Shown here piece by piece: positions 9,262-18,891 of a stretch of DNA of 64,000 nucleotides. The number at the start of each line of letters is the position of its first letter. Within the stretch, counting starts at the first letter, position 1. The stretch lies in the NCBI GenBank assembly GCA_036376135.1, contig DASVAW010000179.1, forward strand, positions 19,566 to 83,565, read 5' to 3'. A program made the position numbers and the translations under genes. The notes beneath the pieces were generated by a model that saw nothing but the letters and a program-made list of their open reading frames with translations, ran no database searches and was not told where the DNA came from. This stretch comes from Candidatus Polarisedimenticolaceae bacterium. Its GTDB lineage: Bacteria; Acidobacteriota; Polarisedimenticolia; Polarisedimenticolales; DASRJG01.

Positions 9262-11012
9262 TCCTTCTCGGGGCCCGCGACCTCTCGAAGGCGTACGGCG
9301 AACGGACCCTCTTCACGGGGGTCTCGTTCACGATCCACGAGGGGGACCGGATCGGGCTCGTCGGCCCCAACGGGGCGGGGAAGTCGACGCTCCTCCGGAT
9401 CCTCGCCGACGCCGAGCACCCGGACTCCGGGGAGACGACGAAACGCAAGGGGATGCGCGTCGGGTACGTTCCACAGCACCCGTCCTTCGCCGAAGGGGTC
9501 ACGGTCGCCCAGGCGCTCCAACACGACGACCCGCTCCGGGTCGGCGAAGTGCTCGCGAAGACGGGGTTCACGAACCCCGACGAGCCGGCCGCGACCTTGA
9601 GCGGAGGGTGGAGAACGAGGCTCGCGATCGCACGCGCCCTCGTCGGCGAGCCCGACCTGCTCCTGCTCGACGAGCCGACGAACCACCTCGACGTCGAGTC
9701 GATCGTCTGGCTCGAGGGGATGCTCGCGACCGAGCCCGAGGCGTTCGTGGTGGTGAGCCACGACCGCTACTTCCTCGAGAACGTCGCGGCCCGGATGTTC
9801 GACCTCGACAAGGTCTACCCGGCCGGGATCCTGGAGGTGGACGGCACCTACTCCGACCTCCTCGAAGCCCGCGACGCCGCCCTCGCCAACCAGGCGAGTT
9901 ACCAGGAGTCCCTCGCCAACCGCGTCCGCACCGAGATCGAGTGGCTGAAGCGAGGGCCCAAGGCGCGCCGGACCAAGGCGAAGGCGCGCATCACGGCGGC
10001 GGAGCAGAGCATCGACGAGCTCGCCGCGGGGCGGGAGCGGATGCGCACCGCGACCGTCGGGATCGAGATCGCCGGGTCGGGAAGGAAGACCAAGCGCCTG
10101 TGGTCGTGCAAGGGGCTCACGAAGCGTTTCGGGGAGCGCACGATCGTCGACCGGCTCGACCTGCTGCTCGTTCCGGGGCAGCGCCTGGGGGTCTTAGGCC
10201 CGAACGGCTCGGGGAAGACGACGTTCCTGAGGATGGTGGTCGGCGACCTCGCCCCCGACGCCGGGACGATCGAGAAGGCGGAGGGGCTGCGGGTCGCCTA
10301 CTTCGACCAGAACCGGCGCGGGATCGACCCGACCGTCTCGCTCCGCCGCGCGCTCGCCCCGGACGGGGATCTCGTGATCCACGGCGATCGCCCGGTGCAC
10401 GTGGCGTCGTGGGCGAAGCGGTTCCTGTTCCGGACCGAGCAGCTCGAGACCCCCGTCGCGCGCCTGTCGGGAGGGGAGCGTGCGCGGATCGTCCTCGCGC
10501 GTCTGATGCTCCAGCCGGCCGATCTCCTCGTCCTCGACGAGCCGACCAACGACCTCGACATCGGGACCCTCGAGGTCCTCGAGGAGACGCTCCTCGAGTT
10601 CCCCGGGGCGCTCGTCCTCGTGACCCACGACCGCTACCTGACCGAGCGGGTGGCGACCGAGATCGTCGCCCTCGACGGGAGCGGGAAACTCGAGCGCTTC
10701 GCCGACACCGCGCAGTGGCTCGAGTTCCGCAGGCGCCAGGTGCTCGCGGAGCGTGCGGCGCCGCCCCCGCCGCCGAAGGCCGTCCCGAAGAAGCTCCACT
10801 ACCAGGAGCAGCGGGAGTGGGAAACGATCGAGGCGAAGATCCTCGAGGCGGAAACGGCGGCCGCGCTCGCGAAGGAACGCGCCGAGGACCCCGCGATCGC
10901 GACGAACGCCGACGAGCTCCACGCCCGCGGACTGGCGTGGGAGCAGGCGCAGCGGGAAGTCGACCGGCTTTACGCCCGCTGGGCCGAGCTCGAGGAGAAA
11001 CGGAACGGATGA
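9258..11012 (+). CDS. ABC-F family ATPase (Uup/EttA-class translation-associated ABC protein)
   Basis: ATG 9258 overlaps the deaD stop (ATGA). Two NBDs ([18 protein letters not shown]; [16 protein letters not shown]), no TM segments, and a C-terminal coiled-coil tail. Confidence 0.9.
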   Translation: MILLGARDLSKAYGERTLFTGVSFTIHEGDRIGLVGPNGAGKSTLLRILADAEHPDSGETTKRKGMRVGYVPQHPSFAEGVTVAQALQHDDPLRVGEVLAKTGFTNPDEPAATLSGGWRTRLAIARALVGEPDLLLLDEPTNHLDVESIVWLEGMLATEPEAFVVVSHDRYFLENVAARMFDLDKVYPAGILEVDGTYSDLLEARDAALANQASYQESLANRVRTEIEWLKRGPKARRTKAKARITAAEQSIDELAAGRERMRTATVGIEIAGSGRKTKRLWSCKGLTKRFGERTIVDRLDLLLVPGQRLGVLGPNGSGKTTFLRMVVGDLAPDAGTIEKAEGLRVAYFDQNRRGIDPTVSLRRALAPDGDLVIHGDRPVHVASWAKRFLFRTEQLETPVARLSGGERARIVLARLMLQPADLLVLDEPTNDLDIGTLEVLEETLLEFPGALVLVTHDRYLTERVATEIVALDGSGKLERFADTAQWLEFRRRQVLAERAAPPPPPKAVPKKLHYQEQREWETIEAKILEAETAAALAKERAEDPAIATNADELHARGLAWEQAQREVDRLYARWAELEEKRNG

Positions 11013-11458
11013 AGCTCTGGATCGACGGCGACGCCTGCCCGCGCGCGGTGCGCGAGATCGTCTTCCGCGCGGCGGAGCGCCTTCAGATCGAGGCGATCGT
11101 CGTCGCCAACCGCGAGGCCCGCGTTCCGCGCTCGCGTTTCATCCGCGCCGTCAAGGTCCCGAAGGGGTTCGACGTCGCCGACCGCCACATCGTGGACCAG
11201 GTGGAACCCGGCGACGTCGTGATCACCCAGGACATCCCGCTCGCGGCGGACCTCGTGCCGAAGGGGGTCCACGTGATCTCGACCTACGGCGAGGCCTTCA
11301 CCGAGGAGAACATCGCTGAGCGCCTGGCCACCCGCGACCTGCTGCAGGGGCTCCGGGACCAGGGGGCCGTCCTCGGCGGGCCGGCGCCGTTCGGCGAGGC
11401 CGACAAACGCAAGCTCGCGAATGCGCTCGACCGGATCCTGACGCGCTACCGGCAGTAA
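11009..11458 (+). CDS. YaiI/YqxD family protein (UPF0178/DUF188)
   Basis: ATG 11009 overlaps the ABC-F stop (ATGA). [35 protein letters not shown] is the typical UPF0178 N-terminus. Confidence 0.8.
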   Translation: MKLWIDGDACPRAVREIVFRAAERLQIEAIVVANREARVPRSRFIRAVKVPKGFDVADRHIVDQVEPGDVVITQDIPLAADLVPKGVHVISTYGEAFTEENIAERLATRDLLQGLRDQGAVLGGPAPFGEADKRKLANALDRILTRYRQ

Positions 11459-12888
11459 CCCGCGTCGAAGAAGTAGGTCAGGGTGTAGGGAACGCACTCG
11501 AATCCGGGCGACCCGACCCCGCGCACCCGAACGTAGGTGATGTAGTTGTCCGTCAGGGTGCAGTCGCCGTCGAGGAGCACGCGCAGGGACTGCGAGGTCC
11601 CCGCGGGGACCGTGACGCACGAGGCGAACGAGCAGGATCCGACGTTCACGCAAAGCTCGTAGCTCCCCGCGCTCGCGGGGACGGTGAGCGTGACGTCGAG
11701 GTTGTAGTCCTCGTCGAACGAGAACGCGCCGCAGGCGCACGAGGAGTCCGTTTCGGTCGCCGTGAAGCGGAAGAGGTCGGCGTCGCCGGAGGGATAAACC
11801 GTCATCGTGGAGTACGTCCGCGTCTGATCGCTTCCGACGTTCGACAACGCCGCGAACGACGTGCAATCGGGGTTGGGCTCGAGCGAGTCCGAGAACGCCC
11901 CGTTGTCCACGGTCCCGTCGCAGTTGTCGTCGACGTCGTTGCAGGTCTCCGTCGTCGGGTTTCCCGGGGTGCAGGTGTTCGGCGCGCCGTTGATGCACTG
12001 GTTGACGGTGACCTGGCAGGCGCCCACCCCGCAGGACTGCGTACCGGGGTTCACGTTCGTGCACGACCCCGCCGTGGTCCCCGAGCACGTCGCGAGGTTG
12101 GGATCCTGGCAGGTCGGATGACACGTGAGAGTCGTCGGGCCCGCGGTCGTCTGCGCGCCGCACTCCTGCGCCTGCGTCCGGCAGGCGAACGCTCCGTCGC
12201 ACGTCGCCTGCGAGGCGGAGACGTCGGCCTTGCGAAGGCACGAGTCCCCCGACCATCCCCAGTAATACCCGGTGCAGGAGACGCCGGCGCACTCGGCGTC
12301 GGGATCGGTCCCTGCGGGGATCGCGCTGCAGGTGCCGGCATTCCCGGCGAGATCACACGCTGCGCAGACCCCGACGCAGGAGCCGTCGCAGCAGACGTCG
12401 TCCGTGCAGCTCAGCCCGGGCGAGCACTGGCTCGGGGCCGAGCAGAACCCGCCCTGCCCGACGTCGGGGACGCAGGTCCCCGCGTCGCAGTGCTCGCTCG
12501 CGGGGCAGTCGGTGTCGAAGACACACCCGGTGCAGCCGTTGTCGATGGTGCCGTCGCAGTCGTCGTCGATGCCGTCGCAGATCTCCGGGGTCGGGGTCAC
12601 GCAGGTCCCGACCACTCGATAGAACAGGAGCTTGTCGGCAGGTGGCGTGTCGGTCCACGCGGAGCCGGTCGTCTGGCCGAGCCAGTTCGCGGCGTCGACG
12701 ATTCCCCCCGGGCTCGAGGATCGGTAGACGTCGAACGGGCCGGCCCCGCCGGTCCAGGTCAACTGGACTTCGCCGACGTTGGGGCCACGGTCGACCCGAA
12801 GGGCGACGTCGTCGGCCGCGAAAGCCGACAACCCCGCCAGTACGGCGGCGAGCACGAAGAGAGCGCGCACTCCCGGGGCCTGGAGCAT
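11446..12888 (-). CDS. Secreted Cys-rich protein with MopE-type putative metal-binding motifs and a PPC-like C-terminal domain
   Basis: Signal peptide MLQAPGVRALFVLAAVLAGLSAFA. CDGIDDDCDGTIDNG and CNDVDDNCDGTVDNG motifs, about 45 Cys. An alternative start at 12939 would give an ATGA overlap with the upstream TPR gene stop. Only the 3' 1.4 kb of the 2259-aa track ORF is credible. Confidence 0.75.
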   Translation of the reverse strand: MLQAPGVRALFVLAAVLAGLSAFAADDVALRVDRGPNVGEVQLTWTGGAGPFDVYRSSSPGGIVDAANWLGQTTGSAWTDTPPADKLLFYRVVGTCVTPTPEICDGIDDDCDGTIDNGCTGCVFDTDCPASEHCDAGTCVPDVGQGGFCSAPSQCSPGLSCTDDVCCDGSCVGVCAACDLAGNAGTCSAIPAGTDPDAECAGVSCTGYYWGWSGDSCLRKADVSASQATCDGAFACRTQAQECGAQTTAGPTTLTCHPTCQDPNLATCSGTTAGSCTNVNPGTQSCGVGACQVTVNQCINGAPNTCTPGNPTTETCNDVDDNCDGTVDNGAFSDSLEPNPDCTSFAALSNVGSDQTRTYSTMTVYPSGDADLFRFTATETDSSCACGAFSFDEDYNLDVTLTVPASAGSYELCVNVGSCSFASCVTVPAGTSQSLRVLLDGDCTLTDNYITYVRVRGVGSPGFECVPYTLTYFFDAGYCR

Positions 12889-12935
12889 GACAACCAGATA
12901 CGCGCAGTTCGGCGCGGGGCAAGCCTTTTCCCAGG

Positions 12936-13934
12936 TCATCCCTTGCGCAGCTTCGCCGCCTGGTCCCTCGCCTTCCCGGCCCGGTCGTCCTTGGGGAACC
13001 GCCTCGCGAACTCGTCGTAGTGGGTTGCGGCTTCCCCCTTGCGGCCGAGCTTCTCCAGACACGCCGCCATCGAGTAGCGCGTGTTGCGCGCGTCGGGCTG
13101 CTTCTCGAGCACCCGTGCGTAGCTCTCCACCGCCCCCGCGCAATCCCCCAGAGCGCTTCTCGCCTCGCCGCGCAGGAAGTCGGAGGTGTATTCGCCGGGC
13201 TTCTCGACCTTCGCGAGGCGTTCGATCACCGGAAGCGCCGCCGCGGGGTCCTTCTTGGCGCGGATCAACTGGAAGGCGTGCGCGGTCATCGCGGAGGTGG
13301 GGCTCGCCCCCGTCCCGCCTGCGGTCTCGGCCGCGACGTAAGCCTTCGACATCGCCGCCCAGTCCTCCTCCTTCGCGGCGACCTCGCCGAGCATCATCCG
13401 GCCGCGGAAGGCGCCGGCCGGAAGCGCCGCCGTCGCCTGCGCCTGCTCTCTCGCCCTTTCGACGCTTCCGCCCGCGATCCCCGGTGCCTCGAGGTAGAAC
13501 CGGAACAACGCCTGGCGCGCGCGGACGTTCCCCGGGTCGAGCGCGATCGCCTTCTCGAGCGCCGCCTTGCCCTTCGACGCGGCGCTCATCTTCCCGAGCA
13601 TCCCGACCTCGTCGATCGTCTCGAAGACCGAGGCGCCGTACCAGTACTGGTACTCGGAGCGGGCGGGCTCGGCCGCCGCCACCGCCTCGAACAGGGCCTT
13701 CGCCTCGGACTGATTTCCCGAGTACATCAGGGCGATCGCGCGGCCGAACCTCCAGCGGGTGTTCGCCGGTTCCTGCTTCGCCGCGGCGTCGATGAGGGCG
13801 GTCGCAGCCTCGAGGACCTCCTTCGACGGGCGCGGTCCGTCGGCTGCGAGGAGGGCGACCGCCTCCTCCGCGGTGGTCAGGGACACGGCGGCGGCGAGCA
13901 GGATCGAGAGCATCGCGATTCTCCGTCCCCCCAT
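12936..13934 (-). CDS. Secreted TPR-repeat protein
   Basis: MGGRRIAMLSILLAAAVSLTTAEEA signal-like N-terminus. Ala-rich helical repeats (ALDPGNVRARQALFRFYLEA, YARVLEKQPDARNTRYSMAACLEKLGRKGEAATHYDEF). Confidence 0.7.
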   Translation of the reverse strand: MGGRRIAMLSILLAAAVSLTTAEEAVALLAADGPRPSKEVLEAATALIDAAAKQEPANTRWRFGRAIALMYSGNQSEAKALFEAVAAAEPARSEYQYWYGASVFETIDEVGMLGKMSAASKGKAALEKAIALDPGNVRARQALFRFYLEAPGIAGGSVERAREQAQATAALPAGAFRGRMMLGEVAAKEEDWAAMSKAYVAAETAGGTGASPTSAMTAHAFQLIRAKKDPAAALPVIERLAKVEKPGEYTSDFLRGEARSALGDCAGAVESYARVLEKQPDARNTRYSMAACLEKLGRKGEAATHYDEFARRFPKDDRAGKARDQAAKLRKG

Positions 13935-13989
13935 CAGGGGACATGACCGGGGCCCGGGGCTCGCGGATCGTATACGCGGAGGTTCCGTC

Positions 13990-16900
13990 ATGCGATTCCT
14001 CACTTCGTTGCTCGTCGTCGCGAGCGCGTTTCCCGCCGCGGCCGCCCCCGAACGTGCGTGGGAACAGAAGGTCCGGGACGGAATCGCCGCGCTCGAGTAC
14101 CGATTCTCGTGGCACGACGGGCTCCTCCAGGCCCCCAACCGCGCGCACGACTTCCGGACCTCGATCCGGCCGGCCGGCTTCGAAGTCGTCTCGAGGACGG
14201 AGGGTCCGGACAAGCTCCGCTTCGCGCTCGAGTTGCGATCGATCGGCCGCGGCGGATTCCGCGTGGAGACGGGCGACGGGATGCTCTCCCCGGGCGATCC
14301 CCGCGTCGAGCTCCGCCGTCCGGGCGGCATCACGGAGTGGTTTCTCAACGACACGAAGGGCCTGAAGCACGGCGTCGACCTCGCCGCCCCTCCTCGCGGA
14401 GACGACGGCGAGGTCGTGCTCGAGCTCTCGCTCGCCGGGAACGTCACGGCGTTCCCCGAAGGCCCGAGTGCCGTGTCCCTGCGCAACCCACAAGGCAGTC
14501 CGGTCGTGCTGTACGGAGGCCTCGCCGTGTTCGACGCGCGCGGCGAGGCCCTTCCGTCCCGATTCGAGATCGGCCTCGGCGTGCTGCGGATCGTCTTCGA
14601 CGACCGTGGCGCGACCTACCCCGTCACGGTCGATCCCCTCGCGAGCGCGCCGTCGTGGAGCTTCGAGCCGAACCAGGCCGGCGCCCGGGCGGGAAACGCC
14701 GTCTCGACGGCGGGAGACGTGAACGGCGACGGCTATTCGGACCTGATCGTCGCCGCAGGGGCGTACGACGAGCCGGGGCTCGTCGACGCGGGCAGGGTCT
14801 TCCTGTTCCTCGGGAACGCTTCGGGGAACCCCGGCGCGCCCGTCGGCGGTTTCTCCGCCGATCAGGCCGGCGCGAACCTCGGCTGCTCGGTCGCGGCGCT
14901 CGGGGATGTCAACGGCGACGGCTACGACGACGTCGCGGTCGGCGCGTTCACCTACGACACGCAAGGGATCCCCGACCGCGGGCGCGTCTACGTCTTCCTC
15001 GGCGGCCCGTCGGGGCTCGACTTCTCGCCGGCGCGGATCCTCGACGGCGCGCAGACGGCCGAGTATTTCGGCGTGCGCGTCGCGGGGGCCGACGTCAACG
15101 GCGACGGGTACCGGGACCTGATCGTGGGCGCGTTCGGATACGACATCCGCTCGCCGTTCGTCGTCCCCGACGTCGGCAAGGTGGCGGTCTACCTCGGGAG
15201 CGCGTCGGGGATCGCGACCTCCCCCGTGTGGCAGCGCATCGGTGAGGTCGAATCCGAGCAGCTCGGCGCGGGCCTTGCCGGGCTCGGGGACGTGAACGGC
15301 GATGGGTACGAGGACTTCGCCGCCGGCGCGACCGGCTGGGACGGTCCCCAGGGAGGTCAGGACAATCGCGGCGCGGTCGACGTGATCCACGGCGGTCCGG
15401 GGACCCCGTCGCTCGGAGTCCGCATCGTCGGCACGCAGAACGGAGCGCAGCTCGGGAACGCCGTCGCCGGCGGAGATTTCGACGGGGACGGGTATGCGGA
15501 TCTCGCCGTGGCCTCGATGACCTGGGCCGGAGCGACGTCGGACGAGGGGATGGTGCAGGTCTACCGCGGCGGCGCGGGGGGCATCGGCGCGGGGTCGCCG
15601 TGGTGGACCCGGGTGGGAGGGGTCGAGAACGCGCAACTCGGCTTCTCGCTCGGGACCGTCGACGCGAACGGCGATGGGCTCGCCGATCTCCTGATCGGCT
15701 CCGACGTGTGGGACGACTGGGACACCGTCGTGGATGTCGGGCAGGTGTCGATGCACCACGGACGCAGGGGCGGGTTGTCGGCGACTCCCGACTGGGTGCG
15801 GACCGGGACGCAGAACTTCGCCTACCTCGGCGTGGCGGTCGCGTCCGCCGGCGACGTCAACGGCGACGGCTTCGGCGACGTGGTGATCGGCGAGTACGGC
15901 TGGGACGGTCCCGACTTCGACGAGGGACGGGCGACGCTCTACCTCGGCTCCGCCGGCACGCCCCAGGACGCGTTCGGCGTGAAGCTGGGAACCGGCGCCG
16001 GCACGGAGCAATACGGCTACTCCGTCGCCTCGGCGGGGGACGTCAACGGCGACGGGTACGCCGACGCGATCGTGGGGGCGCCCTACTACGACAGCGGCCA
16101 GGTCGCGGAGGGGAAGGTGTTCTTCTACCCGGGCGGGCCGTCCGGCCTCACGAACGCTCCGACGTGGGTCTGGGAGTCCAACCAGGCCGAGGCGGTGTTC
16201 GGATGGGCCGTCGCCGGCGCGGGGGACATCAACGGGGACGGGTACGACGACCTGCTCGTCGGCGCGCCCTACTACGACGCCCCCCTGGCCAACGAAGGAG
16301 CGGTCTTCCCCTTCTACGGCAGTCCGTTCGGACCCGACGTCGCGGGCACCGTGATCCTCTCCGGCCAGGCGGACGCGCGCCTGGGATCCTGGGTCGCCTC
16401 GGCGGGGGACGCGAACGGAGACGGCTTCGGCGACGTCGCGCTGGGAGCGCCGTACACCGACCTCGGCTCCAACGTCAACGCGGGGCGCCTGCTGGTCGGC
16501 TACGGTTCTGCCTCGGGCATTCCGCCCGCCTTCCGGGCGGTCGACGGCGGGCAACCCGGAGAGCTGATGGGTTTCGCGTCGGCGGCCGGCGATTTCAATC
16601 GCGACGGGTATTCCGATCTCCTCGTCGGCGCACCGGGCTACGACCTGAACTACGGGCAGGAGGGAAGGGCCCTGATCTTCGTGGGAGGCCCGGGTGGACT
16701 CGGCGCGGGTGCGGTGTGGTCGCGCAGCGGAAGCGGCGTGTCCCAGGCGAGCGCCGACATCAACTACGGGAATTCGGTCGCCGCCGTGGGCGACGTGAAC
16801 GGCGACGGGTATGGGGACTGGGTCGTCGGCGCGCCGGGGGGCCTGCGCAACGGAGGTCCGCCGTACGAAGGGGTCGCGGTCCTCTATTACGGTGCGGCGA

Positions 16901-18198
16901 GCCTCACCGGTCTGCTCGAGGGTTGGGCCACCGAAGGCGACCAGGACCACGCCGGGTACGGACGAAGCGTCGCGGCGGCGGGGGACGTCAACGGCGACGG
17001 ATACGACGACTTCGCCGTGGGCGCACGCGACTGGGACGAAGGGGCGTCGGGTACCCAGGGCAAGTTGTGGCTGTACCTCGGATCTCCGGTCGGGGTCTCC
17101 AGCGCCGCGTCGTGGACGCAGACCGGAGGCGTGACGAACGGATTCGCCGCTTCGGCCTCGGCCGGGGACTTCGACGGCGACGGGTTCTCCGATCTGCTGG
17201 TCGGCGCGCCGTACGAGTCGCTGAACAGGGGAGCGGCTCACGTCTACTACGGCAACGGCGGGCGTGGCGCGCGACGCCTCGGGCGTCAGGCGTACCAGGG
17301 GAACGTGCTGCGCCCGGTCGCGGCGCTCGGGATGATGGACACCACCGGATTCAACGCCAGGATCGAAGCGGGGAGCCCCGCGGGGCGCTCGCGCGTCGCG
17401 GTACAGGTCGAGCCGAAGCCGTTCGCCGTTCCCTTCGACGGGCTCGGCGTCGGGAGCGACGGCTCCCAGATCATGGGACCGGGGGGCGCCCCGGTTTCCT
17501 TCGCCGTCACCTTCGCCGCGCTGGCGGTGAACACGCCGTACAAGTGGCGTTACCGCGTGCGAACGGCGAATCCCGCCTTCCCGAGGACACCGTGGCTCGC
17601 GTTCCGTGCGATGGGGAGCACTCAGACCGACTTCCGCACCGTGTGCGGGCTCTGGTATGGCGACGCGGACGGCGACGGTTACGGCAGGTCGTCCGACGTG
17701 TCGACCGCGTGTTCTCCCCCCGCGGGGTACGTCGCCCAGAGCGGCGATTGCGACGACGGAAACGGGGCGATTCATCCGGGAGCGGCGGAGCTTTGCGACG
17801 CCGTGGACAACGACTGCGACCGCGTCGTGGACGACGGAGCCCCGCGCCCGCTCGTCACCGGACTCGTCGCGACCAAGATCCCCGATCCCTCGCCGTACAA
17901 GGTGAGCTGGAGCTGGACCGCCGCGCCCGGGGCCACGTCCTACGACGTCCTGAGGATCTGGCTCGACGACGTCCGCGCGATCGGAGGATTCACCGTGGAC
18001 GCCGACTGCGCCTGCACCGCGGACGACCTGGTCGGAACGTCCGTCGTCGAGGAAGGCTCGATCGGGGTCCCGCCCCCGTGGAGCGAGGCCTACCTCGTCC
18101 GGGCGAACTCGGTCTGCGGGGCGACGTACGACAGCGGCTCCCCGTCCCAGGCCTTCTCCCGCGACGGCGTGAGCGCGAATCCGGGAGCGTGTCCCTGA
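13990..18198 (+). CDS. Giant secreted FG-GAP (integrin-alpha-like) repeat protein with a MopE motif and the recurrent C-terminal module
   Basis: Signal peptide MRFLTSLLVVASAFPAAAAP. 14 copies of GDVNGDGY.D..VGA-type FG-GAP/Ca-binding repeats, enough for two 7-bladed propellers. GDCDDGNGAIHPGAAELCDAVDNDCDRVVDDG near the C-terminus. Confidence 0.85.
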   Translation: MRFLTSLLVVASAFPAAAAPERAWEQKVRDGIAALEYRFSWHDGLLQAPNRAHDFRTSIRPAGFEVVSRTEGPDKLRFALELRSIGRGGFRVETGDGMLSPGDPRVELRRPGGITEWFLNDTKGLKHGVDLAAPPRGDDGEVVLELSLAGNVTAFPEGPSAVSLRNPQGSPVVLYGGLAVFDARGEALPSRFEIGLGVLRIVFDDRGATYPVTVDPLASAPSWSFEPNQAGARAGNAVSTAGDVNGDGYSDLIVAAGAYDEPGLVDAGRVFLFLGNASGNPGAPVGGFSADQAGANLGCSVAALGDVNGDGYDDVAVGAFTYDTQGIPDRGRVYVFLGGPSGLDFSPARILDGAQTAEYFGVRVAGADVNGDGYRDLIVGAFGYDIRSPFVVPDVGKVAVYLGSASGIATSPVWQRIGEVESEQLGAGLAGLGDVNGDGYEDFAAGATGWDGPQGGQDNRGAVDVIHGGPGTPSLGVRIVGTQNGAQLGNAVAGGDFDGDGYADLAVASMTWAGATSDEGMVQVYRGGAGGIGAGSPWWTRVGGVENAQLGFSLGTVDANGDGLADLLIGSDVWDDWDTVVDVGQVSMHHGRRGGLSATPDWVRTGTQNFAYLGVAVASAGDVNGDGFGDVVIGEYGWDGPDFDEGRATLYLGSAGTPQDAFGVKLGTGAGTEQYGYSVASAGDVNGDGYADAIVGAPYYDSGQVAEGKVFFYPGGPSGLTNAPTWVWESNQAEAVFGWAVAGAGDINGDGYDDLLVGAPYYDAPLANEGAVFPFYGSPFGPDVAGTVILSGQADARLGSWVASAGDANGDGFGDVALGAPYTDLGSNVNAGRLLVGYGSASGIPPAFRAVDGGQPGELMGFASAAGDFNRDGYSDLLVGAPGYDLNYGQEGRALIFVGGPGGLGAGAVWSRSGSGVSQASADINYGNSVAAVGDVNGDGYGDWVVGAPGGLRNGGPPYEGVAVLYYGAASLTGLLEGWATEGDQDHAGYGRSVAAAGDVNGDGYDDFAVGARDWDEGASGTQGKLWLYLGSPVGVSSAASWTQTGGVTNGFAASASAGDFDGDGFSDLLVGAPYESLNRGAAHVYYGNGGRGARRLGRQAYQGNVLRPVAALGMMDTTGFNARIEAGSPAGRSRVAVQVEPKPFAVPFDGLGVGSDGSQIMGPGGAPVSFAVTFAALAVNTPYKWRYRVRTANPAFPRTPWLAFRAMGSTQTDFRTVCGLWYGDADGDGYGRSSDVSTACSPPAGYVAQSGDCDDGNGAIHPGAAELCDAVDNDCDRVVDDGAPRPLVTGLVATKIPDPSPYKVSWSWTAAPGATSYDVLRIWLDDVRAIGGFTVDADCACTADDLVGTSVVEEGSIGVPPPWSEAYLVRANSVCGATYDSGSPSQAFSRDGVSANPGACP

Positions 18199-18227
18199 AC
18201 GGGGGCGCGCATAATCACGAGCCACCG

Positions 18228-18875
18228 ATGAGCACCCGCATCGCGCTTCTCGAGGACGACCCCCGCTACCGCGCCGGGCTGGCGGACCTTCTGTCCGTCG
18301 AGCCCGGCTTCGAGGTGGTCGCCGTCTTCGACGCGGTGAAGCCGTTCCTCGAGGCCGTGCGAGAAGAAGAAGCGCCGTGGGATCTCGTGATCTCGGACCT
18401 GGGCCTACCCGACGGGAAGGGCGTGGACGCGATCCGTGAGGTCAAGCGGGTCGCTCCGACGGTCACCGTCGTCGCCGTGACCGTCTTCGAGGACCCCGAC
18501 ACCATCCTCGAGGCGATCTGCGCGGGGGCCGACGGGTACCTGCTCAAGCGCACCGGAGCGGAGGAGGTCGTGGCGCAGATCCGCGTCGTCCTCGCCGGCG
18601 GCTCGCCCCTGACCCCCGCGGTGGCCAAGACCGTCGTGGGGCTCCTGCGAGGGCCGCACGCTCCGGTCCACGCTCCCGGCGAACTGGACCTTTCGGAGCG
18701 GGAACGCGAGGTATTGCGCCTTCTCGCCGAGGGGCTGCTCTACAAGCAGGTCGCGGCGGCCCTCGAGCTGAGCGTCGAGACCGTCAAGACCTACGTCCGC
18801 CGGATCTACCGGAAGCTGCAGGTCCAGACGGTCGCCCAGGCGGTCCACCGGGCGATGCGCCGCGGGCAGATCTGA
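18228..18875 (+). CDS. NarL/FixJ-family response regulator (REC + LuxR HTH)
   Basis: MSTRIALLEDDP..DLVISDLGLPDG (phospho-acceptor Asp region). C-terminal LSEREREVLRLLAEGLLYKQVAAALELSVETVKTYVRRIYRKL. Confidence 0.9.
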   Translation: MSTRIALLEDDPRYRAGLADLLSVEPGFEVVAVFDAVKPFLEAVREEEAPWDLVISDLGLPDGKGVDAIREVKRVAPTVTVVAVTVFEDPDTILEAICAGADGYLLKRTGAEEVVAQIRVVLAGGSPLTPAVAKTVVGLLRGPHAPVHAPGELDLSEREREVLRLLAEGLLYKQVAAALELSVETVKTYVRRIYRKLQVQTVAQAVHRAMRRGQI

Positions 18876-18891
18876 GCCGTATCCTTCCGCC

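Noticed and set aside
14700-17200. Periodic GDVNGDGY-encoding DNA as a tandem repeat or CRISPR-like array
   Set aside because: The periodicity is at protein level (FG-GAP blades of ~60-70 aa). Codons differ between units, and there are no identical direct repeats or spacer architecture.
12889-18225. Upstream 1780 codons of the 2259-aa minus-strand ORF (11446-18225)
   Set aside because: Arg/Gly/Pro/Asp-rich low-complexity translation lying antisense to the FG-GAP gene and out of frame over the TPR gene. This is a typical GC-rich shadow frame; only the last 480 codons have signal-peptide and domain features.
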